The position numbers and the translations under genes are program-made. A stretch of 64,000 nucleotides of DNA from Azolla caroliniana (taxonomy: Eukaryota > Plantae > Polypodiophyta): the NCBI GenBank assembly GCA_043228905.1, contig JBHGNT010000017.1, positions 3,844,001 through 3,908,000 on the forward strand. Reading direction: 5' to 3'. The notes below the pieces were generated by a model that made no database searches, was not told the origin of the DNA, and saw only the letters and a list, made by a program, of their open reading frames with translations. This document shows, piece by piece, positions 48,201 through 60,598 of the stretch; positions within the stretch are counted from its first letter, which is position 1, and each line of letters begins with the position of its first letter.

Positions 48201-50131
48201 ACCCAAAGAGGGAAAAACCACGGCAGCCCACAGGCTGCAAACTATCACTATGCTAGAATGTACAGCAGTGAGTTCACAGACGCAACGACCTCGTGCTCAC
48301 ACTCTTCGCCACAGGCGGCGGTTACAATAGAGACGACGACCTCTTTCTCTCTCTCTCTCTCTGTACACTGTTACGCGCTCTAATCTCACGCAGACAAGAA
48401 ATAATAACAACAGTAACTAAAAGTTTGCCCTAAGTCATATTTATACTAATATGACTTTTCGGCTATTTACAAATATAGCCTCGATGGACTCTTAGAAACA
48501 TATTTGCGAATATGTCTCTTCATCCGGTGAGCATTCCTCACCGGGTCTGCACCATCCAACTCTCCGTAGCCGGGTACTCCTCATCCGGTTCTCACCGGGT
48601 CTGCACCATCTGGCTCTCCGTAGCTGGGTACTCCTCATCCGGTCCTCACCGGGTCTGCACCATCCGGCTCTCCGTAGTCGGGTACTCCTCATCCGGTCTT
48701 CACCGGGTCTGCATCATCCGGCTCTCCGTAGCCGGGCACTCCTCATACGGTCCTCACCGGGTCTGCACCATCCGGCTCTCCGTAGCCGGGTACTCCTCAT
48801 CCGGTCTTCACCGGGTCTGCATCATCCGGCTCTCCGTAGCCGGGTACTCCCCATACGGTTTCGGCCTCGGCCGAGTTTGTTCATCAACACTTCTCTTCTC
48901 CCTTCCCATTCGGAGGGACCTATCTCCCAACACCCCCAGTATTCACCTCCGTTATCTGCTCGAACCGCCTTCAGCTTCTTGCCGATTTCTCTTTCCACTC
49001 TCACGTGGAGCTCTTTGAAGACGGATAACACCTGATCCTTCATCTTCAACGGTGTGGCCCACAGCTTCCGGCTGTGGTCATCTATGAACGTCACAAAGTA
49101 TTGCGATGCGGCATGTGACTTCGTGTCCACTTGACATACATCAGTATGCACCAACTCCAGTGGTGCATTACGTCTCATCGGTGGCCTCAATCGGAAGAAG
49201 GTCCGGTTTTGTTTACCGGCCAGACAATCAGTGCACTTCTCCAAGTGCACGTTCTTCACTGGAATGAGGTTGTCTTCTGCAAGCCTCTTCATCCACTTCA
49301 CTCTTGTTAGGGATAACCGTTTCCCTTCCGGCTCGGCGTTGCCCAAAGTGACAACCAACGTCTCCCAGCTATTTGGGAGGGAACCGAGCAGGAGTAGCGC
49401 TAGTACCTCATCGGCGAGAGGTACTTCCAATGATGTTGCCTGGTGTATCAGCCCTTGGAAGGCATTCATGTGCTCCGCCATGCTGGAGCCATCTTGGTAT
49501 CGGAGTCTTACTAGCTTCCGGAATACCGAAACCTGGTTAACAGCATTTTTATTCTGAAACATAATGTCGATCTTCTCCCAGAGCTCATGAGCCTTGCTCT
49601 CTTCATTGAAGTTGTTGTATAGACTCATGTCGATGAAGCACCGTATGTACGTCGTCGTCTTCATGTGCGTGACCTCCCATATCGTGGCATCGATTTTGTC
49701 CGGTCTCTTGTCCCCGAACTGAACCGGCAACCAAAGATCTTTGACCACAAGCATGTCCCTCATCTTCGACTTCCACACTGAATAGTTGGAGCCGGTGAGC
49801 TTGAACATACCTCCCAACGAATCGTCCATTTTCTGTGTCGTTTCGCTCTGATACCACTTTGTCAGGAACTACGCGCTCCCGATGAACAACGCTCCGCCAC
49901 AACCAAGCTTAGAATCAAACACAGAAAACGGGAATGAATGCACGACACAATGGAGAGAAGAGTACACAAGATGTTTACGTGGAAAACCCAAACACGGGAA
50001 AAACCACGGCGGTCCACTGACTGCTAACTATCACTATGTATCAATGTACAATAGATGAACACAGAGGCAACGACCTCTTGTTCACTGTCTTCGCCACAGG
50101 CGGCGGTTACAACAGAGATACGAACTCTTCG

Positions 50132-50183
<52 letters not shown>

Positions 50184-50620
50184 CACTATTGCGCTCTAAT
50201 CTTGCGCCAACAAGAATAACAACGACAAACTAAACTTTGCCCTAAGTCATATTTATACAAAAGAAAATGACTTTTCGGCTATTTACAAATATAGCCCCGA
50301 TGGACTCTCAGAAACATATTTACGAATATGTCCCTTCATCCGGTGAACACTCCTCACCGGGCCTACATCATCCGGCAAGCGACCGGGCCTGCATCATCCG
50401 GCGCTTGCCGGGCACTCATCATCCGGTTCTCACCGGGTCTTCCGTTTCCGGGTACTCCTCATCCGGTTCTCACCGGGTCTTCCGTAGCCGGGTACTCGTC
50501 ATCCGGTTCTCACCGAGTCTTCCATAGCCGGGTACTTGTCATCCGGTTTTGGCCTCGGCCGAGTTTTCTCATCGACATTGTTCTTCTCACTTCCCATCCG
50601 GAGGGACTTGTTTCCTAACA
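44964..50620 (-). mobile_element. Ty1/copia element C (B family), internally deleted
   Basis: TSD GCGTT (44959-44963, 50621-50625); LTRs 49860-50620 and 44964-45710; PBS TGGTATCAGAGC; gag fused to the pre-integrase region (LSLTRVK|WMKRLAEDN); RT/RH 45721-47230. Confidence 0.93.
48072..48932 (-). mobile_element. Solo LTR of a B/C-related subfamily inserted in the integrase of C
   Basis: TG...CA termini; TSD CCTCC/CCCCC (one mismatch) splitting GGEY|RGQFE; six 54-bp U3 repeats. Confidence 0.88.
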
Positions 50621-50629
50621 GCGTTGATG

Positions 50630-53600
50630 TGTTGGGATTACGGTCCCTCCGGATGGGATGGTCGGATGTCCGGGAATCGGGAATGAAGACCCGAATGAGG
50701 AGAACCCGGTATCGGAGCCGGATGATGAAGACCCGGTTCCGGATCCGGATGATGAAGACCCCGGCTACGGAGCCAGATGACGAGTGTACCCGGAGAGAGA
50801 TCCGGATGCGGGGACATATTTGTGAATATGTTTGCCAAGGGCCCTTGAGGCTATATTTGTAAATAGCCCGAAAGTCATATGTGTATAAATATGACTTAGG
50901 GCAAACAGTTTTGTAGTTGCTGCTCATTTTTTTCTGTTTTCCACTTAGAGGGAGCGAAGTGAGAGCAGCCGAGAGAGAGAGTGAGAGAGAGAGAGAAAGG
51001 AAGAGGTCGACGCCTCTATGTAATACCGCCGCCTGTGGCGAGGACAGCGAGCTCAAGGTCGTCGCCTTGCAGCTCGCCATTGTACATTCACTGCTTATAG
51101 TGACAGTTGGAGTCTTGCACTCCCGTGGTTTTTCCCGTCTAGGGTTTTCCACGCTAAACCCTGTGCATTCGAGTCTCTCTCTGTGTTTTCGATTTTCTGC
51201 TGCATTGATTCGTGTTTCCTCGGTTGTGGTCGAGAGGTGAAGGTTATTGAAAGCGTCAATTCCTAACAATCTGGTATCAGAGCGACTGCAGTGCAGAAAA
51301 TGGAAGGCGGCAGCAGCGGGCAACCTGGGATGATAGTGCTGAATGCGCAGAACTACGCCGACTGGAAGATAAAGATGGAGGATCTGCTCATTGTTCGGGA
51401 CCTGTATGAACCGATCGACAGGTCGGAAATACCCAAGGGGGTACTTGAGACGGAATGGAGGCTTCTGAACCGGAAAGCCGTTGCAACCATTCGGCAATAC
51501 GTCGACGTGAGCGTTCTACAACATGTGGTGAACGACACCAACGCATATGAGATGTGACAGAAGCTGTCGGGCCTCTACGAGAGGAAGAATGCGTTGAACC
51601 GGACCTCCCTGATGAGGAAGATAGTGAACCTCAAGTACCGGGACGGCGAGAGTATGGTGGAACACGTAAGCACGTTCATGGGATTCGTGAACCAGCTTGC
51701 GGCGATCAAGTTCCCGTTGGAGGATGCAATGCAAGCCATCATCCTGATGTGTACATTGCCGGCAAGCTGGGAGAACTTGGTGGTGACTCTCAGCACCTCC
51801 TGCACCGAAGATAACTTGTCCCTACAAACGGTAAAGACAAGCATTTTGAACGAAGAAGCGCGTCGGAGAGATAAAGAACCGGCCTCCGATCCGAAGATGC
51901 TGCTTTCCGAATCGGATCGGGGAAGACAACGGAACCGGAGTCCGCAAAGACGGGAGAAGTCTGGGACCCGGTCGCAGTCAAGAGGAAGGCCCACATGCTT
52001 CCACTGTGGGAAGCCGGGGCACTTCCGAAAGAATTGTCGGCATTACCGAAAAGACAACGGAGCCGACGACACCGATTCGAAGAAGTCTTCGGAACGGAAC
52101 GGTGCTTACCGGGGAGCCACGGACCGGAATGGTTCGGATCGGCGAGGGCAGGACCGGAAAGGAACGACGGCACTCGCGGCAAGTGAAGAGGAGATCATGC
52201 TCATCACCGAAGAAGGTGAACTAAACATTGCCGGCGATGAGACTACCTGGGTGGTCGATTCCGGAGCGTCGTTCCACCTGACCCCGGAAAGAAGATACTT
52301 CTCATCCTACACAGTCGGTGAGCATGGCTGTGTTCGGATGGGAAATGAAGGTACGTGCCGGATTGCCGGCATAGGAGACGTGTGGTTGACAACCTCGACC
52401 GGATGCAAAATGTTGCTGAAGGATGTCCGACACGTTCCGGAGGTTCGATTGAACCTGATTTCGGCCGGGAGGCTAGACGATGAAGGCTACACAGGTAGCA
52501 TCCGGAACGGCGTAATGAAGTTCAGCAAGGGGAGCCTGATAGTGGCTCGGGCCCGGAAAGTCAACACACTGTACCTTATGAGTGCCTGGTTGTGTCCGGA
52601 GGAGTTGAACGTGGCAGCCGACACTGCCGGTGAGCTGTGGCACAAGAGACTGTGCCACATGAGTGAGAAGGGGATGAAGAGGCTTGCAGAAGACAACCTT
52701 ATTCCAGTGAAGCATGTGCACCTGGAGAAGTGCACCGATTGCCTGGCCGGTAAGCAGAACAGAACCTCCTTCCACTCAAGGCCACCGACGAGACGTAGCG
52801 CACCATTGGAGTTGGTGCACACTGACGTGTGTCAAGTAGAAACGAAGTCACATGGCGGAGCCCAATACTTCGTGACATTCATTGATGACCACAGCCGGAA
52901 GCTGTGGACGGCACCGTTGAAGACAAAGAACCAAGTGTTGTGCGTCTTCAAAGAACTCCACGCGAGAGTGGAAAGGGAATCCGGCAAGAAGCTGAAAGCG
53001 ATACGAGCAGATAACGGAGGGGAATACCGGGGGCAGTTCGAGGAGTACTATCGCTCGAAGGGAATCCGGCTCGAGTTTACTGTGCCGAAGACGCTGAATC
53101 TGAACGGGCTGGCCGAGAGGATGAACCGGACCATAATGGAGAGGGTCCGGAGTATGCTGGCGCATGCGAAATTACCCAAGGGGTTTTGGGCTGAGGCAAT
53201 GTCGACGGCGACATACGTGATAAACAGATCACCCTCAGTACCTTTGGACGGAGACACGCCGCAGAGAGTGTGGACCGGTAGGGAAGTATCCTACCGGCAT
53301 CTGAAGGTGTTCGGGTGTCTCGCATATGTGCATGTGGCAAAGGACCGGAGAGGAAAGCTAGATCCAAAGACCCGGCCATGCATATTCCTCGGTTACGGCG
53401 ATGACGAGTTCGGCTACCGAGTATGGGACCCGGTCGACAAAAAGATATTCCGGAGTCGTGATATCATCTTCATGGAGGACAAGACACTCGCCGACTGGGA
53501 GTCGGAGAAGAAGATGAAGAGCTCCAAGTCGACCGGTGAGGATCAACTCCACGAGGAGCAGTCCCGACCGGCAAGGGACCGGTTAGCACTCGAGGATCCG

Positions 53601-56049
53601 GCCGAAGACGGTGAAGAAACAGAACCGGCCGAGGAAGATGAAACTGATACCGGAACCGGCCCCGATCCCGAAATGGATTCGGATGAAGAGGAAACGGAGG
53701 AGCCGGTTACCGAAGCTCCGGAACGGAGATATCCTCTAAGAGAGAGAAGGGCCCCCCAGAGATTTCCGGAACCAGAGCACGTGCTGCTAACCGACGAGGG
53801 GGAGCCGGAGAGTTTTGAAGAAGCAAAGCTTGACACCCATAGCCGCAGGTGGTTAAATGCCATGCAGGAGGAGATGGATTCCCTGCATGAGAACCACACA
53901 TATGAACTTGTGGAGTTGCCGAAAGGAAAGCGGGCACTTCGAAACAAGTGGGTGTTCAAGCTGAAACCGGGAGATGCCGGAAACCCCCCAAGATACAAAG
54001 CCAGGATCGTGGTGAAGGGGTTCCAGCAGAAGAAGGGCGTCGACTTCGACGAGATATTTGCCCCGGTAGTGAAGATGACCTCCATCCGGACGGTGCTGAG
54101 CATAGCGGCAAGCATGGACCTCGAGGTAGAACAGATGGACGTGAAGACGGCATTCCTTCACGGTGACCTCGAAGAAGAGATCTACATGCAGCAACCGGAA
54201 GGATTCGAGAAGAAAGGGAAGGAGCACCTGGTATGCCGGTTGAAGAAGAGCCTTTATGGACTGAAGCAGGCTCCCCGGCAATGGTACCGGAAGTTCGACT
54301 CTTTCATGACCGACGAAGGGTACCACAAAACGCAGTCCGATCACTGCGTGTTTGTGAAGAAGTTCGAAGGAGGAGACTTTCTAATACTCCTCCTGTACGT
54401 GGACGACATGTTGATCGTCGGACGGGACCAGGTCAAGATACGGATGCTGAAGAAAGCGCTTCACCGAACCTTCTCAATGAAGGACCTGGGTCCGGCGAGG
54501 CAAATACTAGGGATGCACATCATCCGGGACCGGAAGAAGAAGCAGTTGTGGCTGTCACAGGAGAAGTACGTGACAAAGGTGCTTCACCGGTTCAACATGT
54601 CGGAAGCAAGACCGGTCGGGTCAACCCTCCCGGCAAACTGCAAGTTGTCCAGCAAGCAAAGCCCCAAGACAAAGGCTGAGAAGGAGGACATGATGAAAGT
54701 ACCATATGCCTCTGCCGTCGGAAGCTTGATGTACGCAATGGTGTGTACAAGACCGGACATAGGATATGCAGTCGGAGTGGTGAGCCGGTACATGAGCAAT
54801 CCCGGCAAAGAGCACTGGAACGCGGCCAAGTGGATACTCCGATACCTGAAGGGCACGGCAAACGTGTGCCTCCGATTCGGCTCCGGTAAGCCCGAACTCG
54901 ACGGCTTTACCGATTCGGATATGTCGGCTGATGCAGATACCAGCCGGTCCACATCAGGGTATGTGATGACGTATGCAGGGGGAGCTGTTTCGTGGCAGTC
55001 GAGGCTGCAGAAGACGGTTGCATTGTCAACCACGGAGGCGGAGTACATGGCGGCTGTTGAAGCCGGCAAGGAAATGATATGGATGAAGGACTTCATTAGA
55101 GAGCTCGGTATCCGGCAAGAGGAGTACCGACTCTACTGCGACAGTCAGAGTGCCATCCACCTTGCGAAGAACGCGGCCTATCACTCCCGGACGAAGCACA
55201 TCCAGCGAAGATATCACTGGATCCGGGAAAGGATAGAAGACCAGGAGTTCGTGCTAACGAAGATCCACACGGACGAGAACGGGTCAGACATGCTGACCAA
55301 AGTGCTCACACCCGACAAGCTGGAAGCGTGCCGGAAGAAGGTCGGACTGGAAAGACATCCCATGCCGAAGTGAAGGGGGAGTTTGTTGGGATTACGGTCC
55401 CTCCGAATGGGATGGTCGGATGTCCGGGAATCGGGAATGAAGACCCGAATGAGGAGAACCCGGTATCGGAGCCGGATGATGAAGACCCGGTTCCGGATCC
55501 GGATGATGAAGACCCGGTTCCGGATCCGGATGATGAAGACCCCGGCTACGGAGCCGGATGACGAGTGTACCCGGAGAGAGATCCGGATGCGGGGACATAT
55601 TTGTGAATATGTTTGCCAAGGGCCCTTGAGGCTATATTTGTAAATAGCCCGAAAGTCATATGTGTATAAATATGACTTAGGGCAAACAGTTTTGTAGTTG
55701 CTGCTCATTTTTTTCTGTTTTCCACTTAGAGGGAGCGAAGTGAGAGCAGCCGAGAGAGAGAGTGAGAGAGAGAGAGAAAGGAAGAGGTCGACGCCTCTGT
55801 GTAATACCGCCGCCTGTGGCGAGGACAACGAGCTCAAGGTCGTCGCCTTGCAGCTCGCCATTGTACATTCACTGCTTATAGTGACAGTTGGAGTCTTGCA
55901 CTCCCGTGGTTTTTCCCGTCTAGGGTTTTCCACGCTAAACCCTGTGCATTCGAGTCTCTCTCTGTGTTTTCGATTTTCTGCTGCATTGATTCGTGTTTCC
56001 TCGGTTGTGGTCGAGAGGTGAAGGTTATTGAAAGCGTCAATTCCTAACA
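50630..56049 (+). mobile_element. Young, nearly intact Ty1/copia element D
   Basis: TSD TGATG; LTRs 50630-51268 and 55384-56049, differing by about 4 substitutions and one 27-bp repeat unit; PBS TGGTATCAGAGC at 51272-51283; PPT GAAGGGGGAG. Confidence 0.97.
51300..55373 (+). pseudogene. Copia D gag-pol polyprotein (1357 codons) with one premature TGA at 51555-51557
   Basis: ATG at 51300 is in frame with ORF 51594-55373. CFHCGKPGHFRKNC, WVVDSGAS, WHKRLCH/CTDC, IN D-D-E, YVDDML and RNase H are all intact. Confidence 0.93.
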
Positions 56050-59000
56050 TGATGAAGGGGAGTCTCTAATAAGAGAAAATGGTAGAGTAGTTTCAACATA
56101 GATACGATCAATTTCATGATGACCATGATGAGTCGCATGATGCAAGTACAAAGTGTGATGCAATGGAAAGCGAGTTTACACTCGTTGTACAAACGGTCAT
56201 CGAGAAAATAAACAAGTTTATTGATGAGGATATCACTTGATACCTCGAGGTCTACGAATACAAGATGGTCAGTAGAGGGGAAACCGGGGTATAGATGGTG
56301 TCGTGGATCAACCAAGTCTACACACTTGATGTCCGAGCAAGGGTGACGGAACTACAAGAGAAGTTCCATGTAGACTAGGCCGGTTTATCTCAAACATTGC
56401 TCGATGATATATGTTAGATGACCAGACCCTGATGACAAAGAAGAGCTTTCTCGAGTGGACCGAGAAAGGGGGTAAAGGTCTCTCAGTCTTAGAGTTACTA
56501 AATGAGTTTGAGAAGAGATATAATTATAGTCAAAGAAGATGGATTTATTCTTCGGAGCGGTGGATAAATCTTTCAGGAAGATCTCACCATTTTTCTAGAG
56601 GACCAAACGAGCATGACCGGTTTGGTGGCCGACTGGGTAGACGTGCCAGAGGCTTGCCAAGTATTTAGGAGGGTGCTCAGGATGGACGACAGCTATGACA
56701 TCCGAATAAAGACGTCTATAAAAAAACATCCAAAGCTAGAAACAAGAGTCCAAGCAGATGTAGGAAATCGATGAGCTCATAAAAGGAATGAACGATTTGC
56801 AACTCAAATTCATGAAGCTTGAGAAGGGTGAAAGCTCACATGTCAAGCAAAAGCCCAAGGAAGGAGAAAAGAGGGAGTACGTTCATCGGTGCATATGGTG
56901 CGACAACACCGAGCACCTAAAAAGGGATTGCCTGAATCACAAGGATGCATTATAGCGAAACATTATTTTCTACCATGATAAGAGAATTCACTCCTTTGAG
57001 ACCCAACAACCCCTAAAGTCCAACTTCATCAAAGGCGGAATGAAGAAGTTGATGGAGGACGCTGAGTCGAAGAATATACATGCAATGTAATCTTTGACTA
57101 CCTCTGGGTTGGAGGTTGGTGATTCCCAAATCCGATCAAGATTCTAGGGAAGTGACCAAGTTGGCTAATGAAAGGAAAGTTCATCACAAGACTTACAGAA
57201 GATCGGTGACGAGATAAGAAGTAGTATTGGATCAAATGAGTCCCCATTAGATTCACAAACAACATTCGCCAAGATAGCATGAGTGAACACCCACGAGGTG
57301 TCAGTGGAAGAAAAGAGGAGAAGAACTAAAGAAGTGGGTTCGTCAAAAAGACACAAGATCCGAGAGAAAAAGATGTGGGAAACAAAATAAAGATTTTCAA
57401 GAGAAGAGAAGACACTAAACCAAATTTCTTAGTGCATGAGGATGTATAACTTATTCTCATCATTTAATGTCTTATGTCTATTTCCTGAACTCAAATGAGC
57501 AAGATAATTATCATGCATCACATGTAGCATATGTGTGCCAAATGAGAATCATACATCACATGCATTGTGAGCATCTATATAAAGAGAGGGAAGGGAAGCA
57601 TATAGGCATCAAATAATAAATCAAGATAACTCGTATGTGAAGTGTCTCATCTTTCAAAATTGAAGGCAAGGGTTTGAGCCGGAGGTTGGTAGAGATAAAG
57701 TATCATCTTTGCAATCAAGCATTGTAACTTTGGTAAAATCTTATATTCTCAATATAATAAAGCTTGTTCTTATCATCTACTCTTGCTTCTTGCATCATAC
57801 ACAATTTCTATCTCCTATCCATGCTTGTCTCTCTCCTTTTCGTTATGAACTCTCCTCCTACAAAACCGCAGGTGTTCGATGCATCTAGCACAATCTTTTT
57901 TCAAATTGACTTCCTCTAGTTTGTCCTCCTCGGCACCCGATGCCACATTTATCATACTCTAATGATCAATTCTCACTATCATATTATATTGGCTTCCTCT
58001 AGTGTGTCCTCGACATCCAATCTATCAACAATTAGACCATGCCAATTTGTTCTTCTTGGTTTACCTCTTCAATGTTCTTGTTACCATGCATTTTCTATGT
58101 ATTTGAAAAGTATTCACTAAAACACATGAATTAATATAAATAAGTATTCACTAAAACACATAGTTCTATATTAAGAGACACTCACACAAGGATTGGGTGG
58201 AGGATGAGTTGTCGAATACGTGTATCCTCTATTTGTTAGTCTAATCTAGAAGCGCCATCACAATCTTTTCTTTGCGCTTAAAACAAATTATTAAAATTAT
58301 TGGTCACAACTATGACAACAAAGTTTGAACAAGCAATAACCTCTAAAAAGAATCATACTCAAAAAATGGGCTCACAAAGCTAGTTGTGTCCTCACAACTC
58401 CTTCGTTTGGATTAAATCTTATTTGAACTCAATCACATGGTGGTTTGGCTTAGCGTTGTGCAAATAATATTTCCATGACATGTAGGTTTGTGGCCTTGAG
58501 AGCTATGGGACTTGATTTCTAAAAATATCATAGAGATTATCAGATTTAGCAATTATTATATGCTTTGCCTATTCTTATGGCCTTCATATCCATGGAACAC
58601 ACCAATGATGCCTATCATAAGTTCATTGAAGATAGAGGTTGTTTGTTTGTTTGTCATGTTATCGCTTGCACGCAATATTACTCCATAATCATGGATATGA
58701 TGTTATTTCATCTTCCATTCCTGTTACTTTGGAAATAAAATGTGGGTGTGTTACTTTAAAACATTGACATCTAAATGGAATTTATTTTTGTATAATGATC
58801 GAGGAGGACACAATCACATACTACATGCACAATTCCTAAAGTCATTATGGTTATTATGTGGCAAATCTGGGCATCATTATACATGAGAATTTTGTCACTT
58901 GCAATGGATTTCCACTAAAGAAACCCAATTTTTACCCACCCCATTGAATAAATTAATGTTTGATCCCTTGCTAGAATATAGAGAATAATTGGCATAGACA

Positions 59001-60598
59001 AAATGGATTATTGTTTTATGGTTTCAATAGCGTCACAAATATGTAGGTTGAAATGAGATGTTATTCAACGATTTATTTAGTTCACAAAGGAGTTCTCTAT
59101 GTAACGGGTCTCACAACAATTTAAGGGGTTTACGTTGTCATATGATCCTTGCTACTGTAGTGGGGGCTTTTAATCCTGCATTGTTATGTTGTTTTAATAT
59201 ATACGGTATTTTTTCCAAAAAATATGGAGTTCTACGTTCAACCCCATATGTTGCACCATAGCATCCAGTAAATTAGTTAAATGAGTAAGATTTCAACCCA
59301 TGTGTACAGGTTGAGGTTACTAAAAATGCACAATCACTACTTGAGTACTACTAAAAGGTAAAAGATAAACTGCAAATGATGTGCGTCGGATATGATTGAT
59401 ACATATTATTTCATCAACGATAAATCAAGAGGGAAGGTAGCAATGAAAATTAAAGAGCATCATATGCATCCTGATATACAAAATATGAATGCAAATACAG
59501 CAATCTAGGATGTATCCACATGGGTGGGTAGTGAGAAACAAGTAGATGTTCTAAGGGTATGAAGAACAAAAAGAAATGATGAGATAGCACAGATTAGGTG
59601 TATATAGATTGTAAAGTCAGAATAACAAAACCATCTGAGAATAGAGGGATGGGAGGGTCTACCCTTCAGCAAGTAAAAGATTTTTGTCTCGAAAGAGCAA
59701 TTAACACTAACTAGCATATCATGAAGTGGGTCTTTGGAAGAAAAATCATATGTTGGGAATTCCTACCTCCCTATGTCTCTAGGAGATGTTGCTCTGTGGA
59801 GCACCAGCACCCTTTAAAGGTCTGGTTCTAGCTCTGCCAAACCATTTCATTCATAACAAATGTTCTTTTCAGTCAACATTGCGTAGGGAGACTTCACTCC
59901 CACCATGAAATTTAAATAGCCAATTTATATCTTAGCTAGGGTCATGCAGCTTAGTTATCTGATCATCAATCTCATGCTATGTGGCATAGACATGGTTAAT
60001 GCAGGAGGCACTAATCTCGAGTAGAAATTTCTTCTCTTCCTGAGGAAATTCATTAGTTTTCATAAATTTGATTCTGAAGGAAACTAGAGTTAGTTTAACA
60101 CAAATCAAAATCACATGAAAGGAATGATAAATACCAACCTTAACAAGAAATAAACATCTTACTGTATACATAAATTACTATCATTCAATGACACAATTAT
60201 GTGAACAAAGAAAGAGAACCTTAACCTCACAATGTCTCTCTGTAACAATTTGGCATTTCTGCTGCTCGACAATATTACAAAAAGTTCCTTTATACACATT
60301 TTTTATGTAACTCTCAAGGAACCCACAAGGCTGGGAAATTGGTTTATGATTGATGAGATAAACTAATAGAAAATCTCTAGTTTTTTATGGATGAAACCCT
60401 AGCTCATGTTGTATTGTAAGGTAAATGGAATGTATTATTATTATTTCTGGAGGAATCTAAAGGAGCATGAGCTTTTACGATTTCACGCATTTCATTACAC
60501 AATGTGAACACTAACCAAACATCTTGATCACTAAGCATATAAATTTATCATAAGATCCTACTGTGGAATTACGATGATTTGAAGTACGGCCTCTCTTT

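Larger units (their letters stand above)
44385..57890 (+). mobile_element. Old Ty3/gypsy-like element F (LTRs about 44385-44935 and 57443-57890, tRNA-Trp PBS, gag remnant 56060-57400), host of C and D
   Basis: Diverged direct repeats (CTATATAAAGAGAGGGAAGGGAAGC...ATATAATAAAGCT). PBS TAGTGAACCTGACGTGAA at 44941-44958 versus the plant tRNA-Trp complement TGGTGAACCCGACGTGAA. Zinc knuckle CIWCDNTEHLKRDC near 56890. No pol recognised. Outer ends approximate. Confidence 0.7.

Noticed and set aside
50499-51497. Long antisense ORFs over the D LTRs (332 aa here, 278 aa at 55214-56050)
   Set aside because: They run through tandem repeats and a microsatellite in GC-rich, stop-poor DNA and have no recognisable domain.
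58210-58226. TGTCGAATACG, matching the start of the copia A LTR
   Set aside because: Similarity ends after about 11-16 bp.
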